From positions 18,485-82,484 of the forward strand of contig CAWJHE010000009.1 of assembly GCA_963842455.1 (NCBI GenBank): 64,000 bases of DNA. Reading direction: 5' to 3'. Origin of the DNA: an uncultured Chloroflexia bacterium (lineage in GTDB: Bacteria > Chloroflexota > Anaerolineae > Anaerolineales > UBA4823). Positions 8,555 to 18,633 of the stretch are shown one piece after another. The notes beneath the pieces are model-generated. The model was given only the letters and a program-made list of their open reading frames with translations, made no database searches and was not told the origin of the DNA. The number at the start of each line of letters is the position of its first letter. The stretch's first letter is position 1. A program made the translations under genes and the position numbers.

Positions 8555-9463
8555 ATGAAAGCATCCAACGAATTTAAAACATTCCTGTCCTTTGCCTTGA
8601 AGGTGATCGTCGCCCACACGCTGACGTATTTTATCTTCGGTATGATCATGTCCAACGTGTTTGACTATGGAGAAATTTTCAGGCGTGAGATCATCCGCGA
8701 TTTTATGCTTCCCATCGACGACCACAATGTTATCTTGGGACCATTTATGCAGCCTGTGCGAGGCTTGATCTTTGCCCTGGGTTTATGGCCTTTACGCAAT
8801 TTACTGATTGAGAAGAAACGCGGTTGGCTGGTGTTATGGGGCTTGCTAGTCAGTATTGGCATCCTTTCAACGCCTGCCGCAGCGCCCTGTTCCATCGAAG
8901 GTGTTCTCTACACCAAACTGCCTTTGTGGTATCACTTGATGGGTCTGCCCGAGATCTTGCTCCAGACCCTGGTCTTCTCCATCTGGCTGGTTTGGTGGGA
9001 GCGCCAGAGCCTGAAAAGCAAAGAGCCATCGACAAAGAAAGAAAATCCACTAATAGCGGAAATCATCAAGAGTGTTATGACAGCATCTTTCGCTTATATC
9101 GGATACGCTATTGGGGGCTTGCTGCTGGTGGCGATAACATTCGCTACCTCAGGAGGTCAGGAAAATATCGACATTGAAGCTGCTGGGGGGGACTTCAAAA
9201 TGCAATTCATGTTTGTGATTGCCTTTATCGTGAATTTAATTGCCGTTTTCTGGATCGCCCGTAAGTGGCAGCTCAATCAAATCGCTTTATGGTTAATATT
9301 CGCAGTTTTCTGGTTGATTGATTCCCTGGTTCCCTGGCTCTACCAGACCATCGTCTTTGGCTCATCTTCTATCTCCATGGTGTTTTTGTTGGGGCTATTC
9401 CCCGCCTTGATCATCACTCTGAGCATCCGGTTTAATTACAAGAGAATGGCTCCTCAGGTGTAG
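8555..9463 (+). CDS. Polytopic membrane protein, function unknown
   Basis: ATG lies after GGGAG. The 302-aa product has about 8 hydrophobic segments and no motif I can name. Confidence 0.6.
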   Translation: MKASNEFKTFLSFALKVIVAHTLTYFIFGMIMSNVFDYGEIFRREIIRDFMLPIDDHNVILGPFMQPVRGLIFALGLWPLRNLLIEKKRGWLVLWGLLVSIGILSTPAAAPCSIEGVLYTKLPLWYHLMGLPEILLQTLVFSIWLVWWERQSLKSKEPSTKKENPLIAEIIKSVMTASFAYIGYAIGGLLLVAITFATSGGQENIDIEAAGGDFKMQFMFVIAFIVNLIAVFWIARKWQLNQIALWLIFAVFWLIDSLVPWLYQTIVFGSSSISMVFLLGLFPALIITLSIRFNYKRMAPQV

Positions 9464-9469
9464 AATGAT

Positions 9470-10352
9470 ATGATGATGTCAAAATCGGTCTTTATCACGT
9501 ATGCGAGTCAGCATAACACTGAGGATATCGGTCTTTTGATTAACAGCCTGCGCGCTTTTGGCGGAGAACTGGCAGAAGCCCCTTTCTGGATCTTCACGAA
9601 AAATCAAGATGCAAACATACAACCCAATGATGGTCTCAACCGCCTGGTTAACCTGGAAGTTCCCATAGACGTGAGCGCCTACCCATTTGGGACAACAGTA
9701 GCCGCCTGCGCCCAGGCTGAGGTGATGGTCTCAACACAGACGAATTCGCTGGTGTGGATAGATCCTTCCTGCCTGATCATCCAACCACCAGAGTTGTTCG
9801 AACTGGGAAGCGCATTCGACGCAGCCTTCCGCCCAGTGCATATTCGTAATATTGGACTATCTCCAAACGATGATCCTGGATGCCTTTTGGCGCGGCATTT
9901 ACCATTCGCTCGGGGTGGAGGATGCACCATTTACGGTCACTTCTTTTGTGGACAACCAGCGCTTGCGGCCATATTTTAATAGCCATGCCTTCTCCATTAA
10001 CCCTCGCCTGGGATTGATGCGATTATGGTATGAACACTTCCAGCAGCTCATCCGCAACCTATCTTTCCAATCCGCAGCCTGCCCGGACGATCTTCACAAA
10101 ATATTCCTGTTCCAGGCGCTTCTAAGCACATTGGTTGCATCAAGGATTGACCCCGCCCGCCTGAGGATCCTGCCATCAAGCTATAATTATCCCTATAACC
10201 TGCATGCCAGGGTACCTGAAGAGCGACGAGCCAGGACGCTCAACGAGTTGGTCTGCCTTACTTATGAGGAGCGCAACCTGCGTCCAGATATGGTGAGCGA
10301 TATCCAAATTCTCGAGCCGCTGCGCTCCTGGTTAACCGAGCATATTCAATAA
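9470..10352 (+). CDS. Hypothetical soluble protein, frameshifted as sequenced near 9875
   Basis: ORFs 9470-9979 and 9852-10352 overlap. The sequence reads sensibly as ...RPVHIRNIGLSPNDD / (I)LDAFWRGIYHSLGVEDAPFTV... across a 1-nt frame change. I do not recognise a family. Confidence 0.5.
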
Positions 10353-10362
10353 ATTAATCCAT

Positions 10363-11292
10363 ATGAAACCAAAAATCATCGTCGTTGGCAGTTTGAATAT
10401 GGACTTAATCGTCCGAGCACCTCACCTCCCCGCCCCTGGTGAGACTATACTCGGCAGCAGCTTCGCTACCGCGGGCGGCGGTAAAGGCGCCAACCAGGCT
10501 GTGGCTGCCTCGCGCCTGGGCGCTCAAGTGAACATGGTGGGCCGTGTTGGAACGGATGGTTATGGGGATGCGCTTCTCCAGGGTCTGCAAAAGGATGGCG
10601 TGGATACCCGTTTCGTTCAACGAGACCCCGATCATCCCACAGGCTTAGCGCTCATCACGGTGGATGACCATGGAGAAAACAGCATCGTGGTCGTATCGGG
10701 AGCTAACTGGCAGGTCGGCATTGCCGATATCGAGCGTGCAGCTGATGCAATCGCCAGCGCAGATGTGCTGGTGCTGCAGCTTGAAATTCCTTTGGAGAGC
10801 GTTGAATATGCTGCCTGGCTTGCCCACCAGCGCCACGTCCCGGTGATCCTTAATCCTGCTCCCGCCCGGGCTCTCCCCGCCAGTTTGCTCCAGCATGTCG
10901 CTTACCTGGTACCCAACGAAAATGAGGCTGCCCTGTTGAGCGGAACAGCCGTTACAGATTTGCACTCAGCCCAAGAGGCTCTTGGGCGCATCCACCAATC
11001 GGGTGTGGATACAGTCATTATGACCCGCGGCAGCCAGGGAGCATTTGTGAGTGGGGCTTCCGGCTCGTATGCTGTGCCGGCATTCCAGGTCGATGCGGTA
11101 GATACCACCGCTGCCGGGGATGCTTTTGTCGCCGGGCTGGCTTTTGGAATCGCCGCCAACCAGCCTTTGAGGCAGGCGGTGCAGCTTGCAGCAGCAGCTG
11201 GCGCCCTGGCAACCACGAAAGCAGGCGCACAGCCCTCCCTGCCGGATGCGGCTCAAGTTGAAAGATTGCTTAGCGGGTTGTCACAAGAATGA
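10363..11292 (+). CDS. rbsK: Ribokinase
   Basis: IVVGSLNMDLIVRAPHLPAPGETILGSSFATAGGGKGANQAVAASRLG and the C-terminal DTTAAGDAF..AL are PfkB/ribokinase signatures. GC is noticeably high (about 65% in a hand-counted 60-nt sample). Confidence 0.85.
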   Translation: MKPKIIVVGSLNMDLIVRAPHLPAPGETILGSSFATAGGGKGANQAVAASRLGAQVNMVGRVGTDGYGDALLQGLQKDGVDTRFVQRDPDHPTGLALITVDDHGENSIVVVSGANWQVGIADIERAADAIASADVLVLQLEIPLESVEYAAWLAHQRHVPVILNPAPARALPASLLQHVAYLVPNENEAALLSGTAVTDLHSAQEALGRIHQSGVDTVIMTRGSQGAFVSGASGSYAVPAFQVDAVDTTAAGDAFVAGLAFGIAANQPLRQAVQLAAAAGALATTKAGAQPSLPDAAQVERLLSGLSQE

Positions 11293-11317
11293 GACTTTTG
11301 GTGATAGCTCCAACGAG

Positions 11318-11392
11318 TCAAGTTTCAGGTAGAGAATAAACGCTTTGTCTTTACAGGGGGCAATGGTCTCAAGTTTCAGACAGGGAATAAAC
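11318..11392 (+). promoter_or_regulatory. Two 24-nt direct repeats upstream of sbp (candidate regulator binding sites)
   Basis: TCAAGTTTCAGGTAGAGAATAAAC (11318-11341) and TCAAGTTTCAGACAGGGAATAAAC (11369-11392) share 21 of 24 positions and are spaced 51 bp apart. A perfect 10-bp palindrome ACAGATCTGT follows at 11443-11452. Confidence 0.35.
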
Positions 11393-11532
11393 CCATTCCC
11401 CTTATAAGGAAAAATTCTTTGAGCGTATTCGGATTTCTTGTCACAGATCTGTAACAGCTTCATCATCACGTCTGTCATACGATATCGGTAAACTATGTTT
11501 AAGTTTATTCGTTTGAGAAACAGGAGACAGAC

Positions 11533-12600
11533 ATGAAATTAGCGAAGTTGTTTAAATACCCGCCATTCATAGGCTTACTGATCGTCATGCTCGTTCTGTC
11601 AGCATGCAGCAACAAACCTGGCGAAAATACCAACCAGGCGTCCGGGGCATCGATCACCTTGACGCTCGGAGCATACACGACGCCACGCGAGGCCTACAAG
11701 GAATTAATCCCCATTTTTCAAGCCCAGTGGAAGGAGAAAACCGGGCAGCAGGTTAATTTTGAAGAATCTTACCTGGGATCTGGCGCTCAATCCCGCGCCA
11801 TCGTCGAAGGTTTTGAGGCGGATATTGCCGCGCTTTCCCTGGAGGCCGATATCATCCGTATACAAAATGCCGGTTTGATCACCCACGACTGGAAGAGTGG
11901 GCCTTACCAGGGAATGGTCAGCACTTCAATTGTTTCCTTTGCTGTAAAGGATGGCAATCCTGAAGCAATCTACGACTGGGCAGACCTGGCAAAACCAGGG
12001 ATCGAAATCCTGACACCGAACCCGAAGACCAGTGGCGGCGCCATGTGGAATATCTTGGCGCTTTATGGCGCTGCTAAACGTGGTTATGTTGACGGCGTCC
12101 CTCAAGATGACGAAGCAGCCGCGGCCGAATTTCTCTTAGCTGTCTTAAATAATGTAACGGTCATGGATAAAGCTGCTCGAGAGAGTATTACCAATTTTGA
12201 AAAAGGCGTTGGCGACCTGGCCATTACCTATGAAAATGAAGTTCTGGTTGGGCAGATGGGTGGGCAAACTTATGACCTGGTCATCCCACGCTCCACAATT
12301 CTCATCGAGAACCCCATCGCAGTGATCGATACCTACGTAGATAAACATGGCACACGCCAAGTTGCCGAGGCATTTGTTGATTTCCTTTTTACTGCAGAAG
12401 CGCAACAAATTTTTGCCAGGTATGGCTTGCGCTCTGTGGATCCAGAAGTTGCCAAAGCTACCTCGGATCAATACCCAACGGTAACAGATTTGTTCACCGT
12501 TGATTATTTTGGAGGCTGGGATGACATTGCGACTGATATTTTTGGCGATCAAGGTGTATATACCTTGACCATTGCAAAAGTGCAGCGTCTGAATCCTTAG
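11533..12600 (+). CDS. sbp: Sulfate/thiosulfate ABC transporter substrate-binding lipoprotein
   Basis: The lipobox is LVLSAC. The motifs LGAYTTPREAY..., ESYLGSGAQSRAIVEGFEADIAALSLE and GGAMWNILALYGA are typical of Sbp/CysP. Confidence 0.85.
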   Translation: MKLAKLFKYPPFIGLLIVMLVLSACSNKPGENTNQASGASITLTLGAYTTPREAYKELIPIFQAQWKEKTGQQVNFEESYLGSGAQSRAIVEGFEADIAALSLEADIIRIQNAGLITHDWKSGPYQGMVSTSIVSFAVKDGNPEAIYDWADLAKPGIEILTPNPKTSGGAMWNILALYGAAKRGYVDGVPQDDEAAAAEFLLAVLNNVTVMDKAARESITNFEKGVGDLAITYENEVLVGQMGGQTYDLVIPRSTILIENPIAVIDTYVDKHGTRQVAEAFVDFLFTAEAQQIFARYGLRSVDPEVAKATSDQYPTVTDLFTVDYFGGWDDIATDIFGDQGVYTLTIAKVQRLNP

Positions 12601-12625
12601 AAAAGTTTTTCCACAAAAATATCAT

Positions 12626-12676
12626 GAATCCTTGGGAGTTATTGGCCTGTTCAGCATTCCAGAACTCCCAGGATTC
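12626..12676 (+). terminator. Hairpin downstream of sbp (possible terminator or attenuator)
   Basis: GAATCCT(T)GGGAGTT ... AACTCCCAGGATTC forms a 14-bp stem with one bulge and a 22-nt loop. It is followed by GTTCCATATATTT, which is not a clean U-tract. Confidence 0.35.
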
Positions 12677-12788
12677 GTTCCATATATTTGGACCTCAGCG
12701 CAACCATCAAGAGAATTTTCGAAAGTAAGTTACAATATGAGAAAATCGCAGTCCGGTAAGGATACGCGAAAAGCCTGATCGATAGGTA

Positions 12789-14905
12789 TTGGCATTGGCT
12801 CCTAAGAAAAAATCCAGTTTGCTAAGTCTTCCCGCTCAAGGTGTGCTATGGATGATGATCATCATCGTCTTGGCTGCTGGAGCCATTGGTATTCCAGGAA
12901 TCTGGTTAATCCATGAGCAGTTAGACCGGCAGGCATGGGAACTGGTAAACCAGGGAAGCCACATGATCCAGGTACTATTAAATGCGCGCAGCAATGAATT
13001 AAGCAATTTGGCGATCTTAACAGCCCAACGTCCAACCCTGATATCATTATTGAATGATGGCGATCCGGAAAGACTGGCTTCCTATCTTGAAACGCTGCGC
13101 CAAGGTGCAGATCTGGATCTATTGATGGTCTGCGATCAGCAGGGAAATGCAGTCATCCAGGTTGGTTATGAAATTCCAGCTCAAGCCTGCCTCAAAATTT
13201 CAGACAACCAATTTTTTCAATCGCCCGTAGAGAGCAGGCATCCGGGGCTGGTTGCTGGCATACCATCCGATTATGGGCAATATGGACGCCTTTGTGGTTG
13301 CCGGACAGGCTTTTGACTCCGATTTCTCTAAGGGTTTACACGATCAACTGGACATGGAGCTTTTGCTGGTTGCCAATGGTGAATTGATTGAAAGCAGTTT
13401 TGCAAACAATCAACCAATAGGGGAGATGATCTCCAGTCAAGGATCCGTCCCCGCTGGTCAGCCCAAGCAGTCTGTTGCAGAAATGACTACTCTGGATGGT
13501 TCGCAATATTTTACGATACGAACAAGCTATGCCGATACAGAGCTGGAAACGACTGTGCTCCTGCCCAGCTCAACCATCACCCAAACCCAACGCCAGTTGA
13601 CTCAAAGCGCAGTGATTGGAATATTAGCCGTTACAGTATTCTGCTCGATGATAGGAATTTTCCTGACCAACCGGATCAGCCAACCATTGATGCACTTAAG
13701 AGATGCAGCCATTGCCCTTCGGAAAGGAGATCTAAATTCCCCGGTTGTGACCAATCCGAAGATTAAAGAGATTGCTGAAGTAGCTTACGCTCTAGAGGAC
13801 GCTCGGATTGCCTTGCAGCATAGCCTGAAAGAATTGCAGCAAGAAAAAGCTTGGGGAGATTATTTGATCGAGTCGGTTATTGAAGGCATCATTGCGATTG
13901 ATCGCAAAAACCGGATCACCTTTTTTAGCCAGGGGGCAGAGCGCATTACTGGCTTGTTACAAGACCAGGTCTTTAGTCAGATTCATCGACGAGATTTTCT
14001 TAATTCCCGATCGAGAACAACGCTTCAGCCAATGTATCCCAGCACCTGGGGCAAAGCCAGAGATTATGACCATCCTGATTAACGAACGGCCTCTCACCTT
14101 AGCCATCAGCGGGGCGCGCCTGACTCCACCGGAAGTGGGGAATGCAAACCTGGCCTTTTCGATCAGGGATGTCAGCAACGAAGAAGCAATGCGCGGATTA
14201 TTGGGAGATTTCCTGGCAAATATTACCCATGAGTTTCGGACACCCCTTACTGCGCAGGCGGTGTCTATCGAGCTTTTATTAGATCAACTGCCGGAATTGA
14301 GCCTCGATGAGATCCACGAGTTATTAGTCACCAATCACTTGGGGGTGTTGAGCTTACAGAATTTGATTGATAATCTCTTGGAAGGAGCCAGCATCGAAGC
14401 AGGGCGTTTCCGGGTTTCTCCTCATCCAACCGATTTGGCGGACGTGATCCTTGAGGTTGCCAGGGTTGTGCGCCCTCTGATGGAAAAGAACAAGCAGGTT
14501 CTGCAAGTCGACCTTCCACCCGTTTTGCCTCTTGTGCAGGCTGATCCTCGCCGTACAAGTCAGGTACTGGTTAACCTGTTGTCCAATGCGATTAAGTGGG
14601 GACCTCAAGGGTCTGAAATCCTGTTAAGTGTTGTTGACCAAAAAAATATGGTCAAAGTCATCATTGCTGATCAAGGTCCAGGGGTAGCGCCAGAGCAGAG
14701 ACAGAAATTGTTTACCCGTTTTGGTCATTTACATGCCAACAATAGCCGGGCTGAATATGGTGCAGGTTTGGGATTATCTGTCGTAAAAGCGATTGTGGAG
14801 TCTCAAAAAGGTCAGGTTGGGGTTGAAGATCGACAAAACATGGGGGCTCTTTTTTGGTTTACGATCCCTACGGTAGATATTGAGTCGGTAGAGGATGAAC
14901 TATGA
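12789..14905 (+). CDS. Membrane sensor histidine kinase (periplasmic sensor, HAMP, PAS, HisKA, HATPase_c), two frame breaks as sequenced (about 13244-13247 and about 13983)
   Basis: TM1 is VLWMMIIIVLAAGAIGIPGIWLI and TM2 is AVIGILAVTVFCSMIGIFLT, followed by a HAMP region. The H-box is ITHEFRTPLT, the N and G boxes are NLLSNAIKW and DQGPGV, and GLGLSVVK follows. The three overlapping ORFs join across a GGGG run at 13244-13247 (HPG-WLLAYHPIM) and near 13983 (FSQ-IDEIFLIPD). The TTG start at 12789 is uncertain. Confidence 0.8.
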
Positions 14906-15600
14906 AAGCCCTGGTCGTCGATGATGATATTGTCTTAGCAGACCTTGTCGCCTTCACCTTGAGGAAAGAGGGCTTTCAAGTCATCCAGGCTCAAGATGGC
15001 TCAAGCGCATTGCAACGCTGGGCTGATGAGAAACCTGATATTGTTATCCTGGATGTCAATCTACCCAAGACAGCGCCTCTCGCCGATGGCTTTAGTGTTT
15101 TACAACGCATCCGGGAAAAAGCAGATACACCGATTATTATGCTTACTGTGCGTGGCGAAGAGGATGACATTGTAAAGGGTTTAAGCATGGGGGCAGATGA
15201 TTACATTGTTAAACCATTCAGCCCGCGCCAGTTCATCGCCAGGGTTCAGACTGTTCTACGGCGTTCTTTGCATGGACCAGAGGCAAGTTTTCTTCAGGTT
15301 GGATTATTAACTTTAGATACAGATCGACGAGAAGCGCGCATCCAGGATGGGATACCTGTCACACTCACGGATCTAGAAAATCGCTTGCTGGAATATCTGA
15401 TGCTTCACGCCAATCATATCCTGACCATCCAGGATTTACTCAACTATATCTGGGGACCCGGTGGTGCGGATAGGGATATGCTGCGGCAACTTATCCGCCG
15501 CTTGAGAGTGAAAATTGAGACCGATCCATCCAACCCGCTGTTTATCGAGACGATTCCAGGAAAAGGCTATGGCCTAAAGCTGGTTGATTCCCTGGAATAA
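14902..15600 (+). CDS. OmpR-family response regulator (receiver + winged-helix)
   Basis: The receiver reads ALVVDDD...DIVILDVNLP...MLTVRGEEDDIVKGLSMGADDYIVKPF. The C-terminal trans_reg_C-type region reads LTDLENRLLEYLM...IETIPGKGYGL. It overlaps the kinase stop by 4 nt. Confidence 0.9.
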   Translation: MKALVVDDDIVLADLVAFTLRKEGFQVIQAQDGSSALQRWADEKPDIVILDVNLPKTAPLADGFSVLQRIREKADTPIIMLTVRGEEDDIVKGLSMGADDYIVKPFSPRQFIARVQTVLRRSLHGPEASFLQVGLLTLDTDRREARIQDGIPVTLTDLENRLLEYLMLHANHILTIQDLLNYIWGPGGADRDMLRQLIRRLRVKIETDPSNPLFIETIPGKGYGLKLVDSLE

Positions 15601-15706
15601 TATCCCTGTTCCGAACGATCCCCTCTATCACAGCTTTGTCACAGCATTATCATCCTTGATGTCATCCTTCCCAGTTAAACTTTAACCACAATCCATCTTT
15701 TTCTAC

Positions 15707-15739
15707 TCTTTGACACATGGATTACCTTTGTGTCAAAGA
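15707..15739 (+). promoter_or_regulatory. Perfect 11-bp inverted repeat upstream of cysA
   Basis: TCTTTGACACA (15707-15717) pairs with TGTGTCAAAGA (15729-15739) across an 11-nt loop. The left arm contains TTGACA. No U-tract follows, so it is not a classic terminator. Confidence 0.3.
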
Positions 15740-15789
15740 TGCATTGCTGATGATCACAAGAAAAGGCCAGAAGGAAAGGTTTCCGCGTC

Positions 15790-17694
15790 ATGTCCATTGT
15801 CCTTGAAAAGCTCACCAAACGTTACGATGACCACCTTGTTGTCAATAATGTCTCTCTCGAAGTCAAGGATGGTGAGTTTTTTGTTCTGCTTGGTTCAAGT
15901 GGGAGCGGCAAGACCACCGTATTGAGTCTCATTGCTGGTCTGGTGGCTGCGGACCAGGGACGGATTCTTCTGCATGGGCGGGATGTGACTGGGCTTCCCC
16001 CACAACAACGCAAAGTAGGGTTTGTATTTCAAAATTACGCCCTTTTTCAATATATGAATGTAACGGATAATGTTGAATTTGGACTGAGTATCCGAAAAAC
16101 TCCAGCGGTTCAACGCCACCATCGAGCTGATGAGCTTTTAGAGTTGGTTGGGTTAGCCGGGTTAGGGAAACGAATGCCCTGGCAGCTATCGGGGGGACAG
16201 CAGCAACGAGTAGCCCTGGCGCGAGCACTGGCATACAATCCGGATGTTTTACTGCTCGACGAACCTCTGGGAGCATTGGATGCAAAAATCCGCATCGAAT
16301 TACGAAGGAACCTTAAAGCTATTCAAAGAAAATTAGGCGTAGCGACGATATTCGTCACCCACGACCAGGAAGAAGCTTTTGATCTTGCCGATCGGATTGG
16401 TGTAATGAGTTATGGGCGTTTAATCGAAGTTGGAACACCTGATGACCTCTACCAGCAGCCGCAAACAGAATTTGTCGCCTCCTTTCTAGGCTCTGCCAAC
16501 CTTCTCCTGGGAAATCTGACCAAAGAAGGCGTGCAATTAGGCAAAGCCTACTTTCCAATCCCCAAAGAATTTAAGTCTTTGAGGGATGACCGCCGAGTAC
16601 AGGTGCTTTTTCGACCGGAAGACGTCGCTCTGGTTCCAGAAGCCGAAAAATTAGACTGTCCAAAATTAGGGGAAGCAGAAGTAGAGGAAGTCTCCTTTGC
16701 TGGCGCTTATGAACGATTACGTTTACGCCTTCCACCGATTCCGGGAGTGCGCCCAATTTCGCCTTCGGCTGCATTTGGAACGGATTCTTTCTTGATCGAT
16801 GCCACTCGTTCGCCAGAACAGGCGATCAGGTTTCCGCTTCGTACTGGTGAGAAAACCTGGGTAGGTGTCCATCGAATCCACACCCTGGTGCATCCTGGAT
16901 TGAACTTTCTGATCGCCACGGATGGTTCCCTGCGTTCCCGAGCAGCAGTCGCATTAGGAGGTCAAATCGGCCGGTTAGCCCACGCGCGGGTTACGTTGTT
17001 GGGTTATGGGCAGCCAACAGAAGTTCTTGAAACTCACCTGGATGAAGCCCGTAAACAGCTCGGCAGTGGTCTGGCGGCGATTGAAACCTTAACTTTCCCC
17101 CTTCCGGTCGATCAGGCGATCACCCAAGCTGTGGAGAAACACCCTTACGATCTGGTAGTTTTAGGGTTTGGATATCAGGAAGACACTCAGCTCGCTGAGC
17201 GAGTTCTAGAAATTGGCGAACATCACCTGCTTCTGGTTCCACGACCCCAGTCGGTCCCCGCAAAAGCGTTGATCTGCGTTGCCAGCGGAGAGCCCGGTAA
17301 AGATGATGTCCTTTTCGCCGGACGTCTGGTACGCCACTTAAACGCTGATGCCACTCTGCTTTCGGTGCTATCACCCACAGTAAATGATCCCAATTTGAAT
17401 GTTCGGGTAGATCGTTTCCTGGAAGAAGGTGTGCGTTCTTTGTCCTTATTAGGCGTACCCGCAACCACCCTCACACGCTCCGGTTCAGTTCCTACAGAAA
17501 TTCATGCCGAGGTAGAAAAGAATGGATATGATCTGGTTGTTTTGGGGGCGCCGCTCACCAACCCCAACGGGAGAGTCTCGTTAACAGGGGTAGTCAGCCA
17601 GACATTAGAAAAGATTACCAATTGTTCCATTCTAATTGTCAGGTCTCATTACCATCGTAGACGAATTGATGCTTTATCTGGTGGAAAAAGATAA
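15790..17694 (+). CDS. cysA: Sulfate ABC transporter ATP-binding protein CysA fused to two C-terminal universal stress protein (USP) domains
   Basis: Walker A is GSSGSGKTT, the ABC signature is LSGGQQQRVALARAL and Walker B is LLLDEP, followed by a CysA-type C-terminal regulatory region. From about residue 375 come two USP-like modules (FLIATDGSLRS...YDLVVLGFG and ALICVASGEPG...GYDLVVLGAPL...VSQTLEKITNCSILIV). At 634 aa it is far longer than my recollection of about 350 aa for ordinary CysA. Confidence 0.8.
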   Translation: MSIVLEKLTKRYDDHLVVNNVSLEVKDGEFFVLLGSSGSGKTTVLSLIAGLVAADQGRILLHGRDVTGLPPQQRKVGFVFQNYALFQYMNVTDNVEFGLSIRKTPAVQRHHRADELLELVGLAGLGKRMPWQLSGGQQQRVALARALAYNPDVLLLDEPLGALDAKIRIELRRNLKAIQRKLGVATIFVTHDQEEAFDLADRIGVMSYGRLIEVGTPDDLYQQPQTEFVASFLGSANLLLGNLTKEGVQLGKAYFPIPKEFKSLRDDRRVQVLFRPEDVALVPEAEKLDCPKLGEAEVEEVSFAGAYERLRLRLPPIPGVRPISPSAAFGTDSFLIDATRSPEQAIRFPLRTGEKTWVGVHRIHTLVHPGLNFLIATDGSLRSRAAVALGGQIGRLAHARVTLLGYGQPTEVLETHLDEARKQLGSGLAAIETLTFPLPVDQAITQAVEKHPYDLVVLGFGYQEDTQLAERVLEIGEHHLLLVPRPQSVPAKALICVASGEPGKDDVLFAGRLVRHLNADATLLSVLSPTVNDPNLNVRVDRFLEEGVRSLSLLGVPATTLTRSGSVPTEIHAEVEKNGYDLVVLGAPLTNPNGRVSLTGVVSQTLEKITNCSILIVRSHYHRRRIDALSGGKR

Positions 17695-17703
17695 GCAATG
17701 TAA

Positions 17704-18633
17704 ATGTCTGTGAAAGAATCTAAACAGTCAGTTGTCCATGGAGTAAAAACTAGAAAATACATGAATGTAACGCCGATTGATAACAAAGCGATGCAAAGCC
17801 AAAAGAAGGGCAAGGATCGATCTGGTACACCCTGGGGCTACTTGAGTGTGCGCGGAGCAGCCTTAGCCTATTTAACCTTTATGCTGATCATCCCTCTGTT
17901 CGTCATTTTTCAAGATGGATTCCGGGAGGGTATTAGTGGTTTGTGGTATCAAATTTCCCTGCCAATCGCCAGGCATGCGCTCATTTTAACCTTATGGACT
18001 TCAGCCGTGATGACGATCATCAATACCATCATGGGGACTATTACGGCTTATGTTATCGTTCGGTATGATTTCCCCGGAAAGACACTGTTTAACAGCCTGA
18101 TCGATGTGCCACTGGCAATCCCCACTTTAGTGACCGGTGTTATGCTAGTCATACTGTTCGGTCCTCAGCAGGCGCTGGGAACATGGCTAAAAGACACCTT
18201 AGGCATATCTATCATATTTGCACCACCTGGAATTATCCTGGCATTACTTTTTATCACCTTTCCATTTGTTGTACGTGCCGTTCAGCCTATCTTGCTCAAT
18301 ATGAATCGAGCCCAAGAAGATGCAGCTGCCACAATGGGAGCCGGCGCCTGGCCAATTTTTTTACGCATCACCTTACCCCCATTAATCTTACCGCTCACAA
18401 GCGGAGCTTTAATGAGTTTTGCCCGGGCTATTGGTGAGTTTGGGTCTGTAGTCATTGTAGCGGGTAATATTCCATTTTATTCTCAAACCGCAGCAGTTTA
18501 TCTGTTGGGTGAAGTAGAGTCGGAGAATCGTCTGGGTGCAAGCGCTGTATCCATCGTCATGGTTGCCATCGCATTTAGCTTGATGATGTTGGTCGATTGG
18601 CTCCAACGGCGTGATCGGAAATTATCTCAATGA
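17704..18633 (+). CDS. cysT: Sulfate ABC transporter permease CysT
   Basis: LIDVPLAIPTLVTGVML, PFVVRAVQPILLNMNRAQEDAAATMGA and FARAIGEFGSVVIVAGNIP are CysT/CysU-type motifs. The N-terminal extension makes the start uncertain (alternative ATG at 17761). Confidence 0.85.
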   Translation: MSVKESKQSVVHGVKTRKYMNVTPIDNKAMQSQKKGKDRSGTPWGYLSVRGAALAYLTFMLIIPLFVIFQDGFREGISGLWYQISLPIARHALILTLWTSAVMTIINTIMGTITAYVIVRYDFPGKTLFNSLIDVPLAIPTLVTGVMLVILFGPQQALGTWLKDTLGISIIFAPPGIILALLFITFPFVVRAVQPILLNMNRAQEDAAATMGAGAWPIFLRITLPPLILPLTSGALMSFARAIGEFGSVVIVAGNIPFYSQTAAVYLLGEVESENRLGASAVSIVMVAIAFSLMMLVDWLQRRDRKLSQ

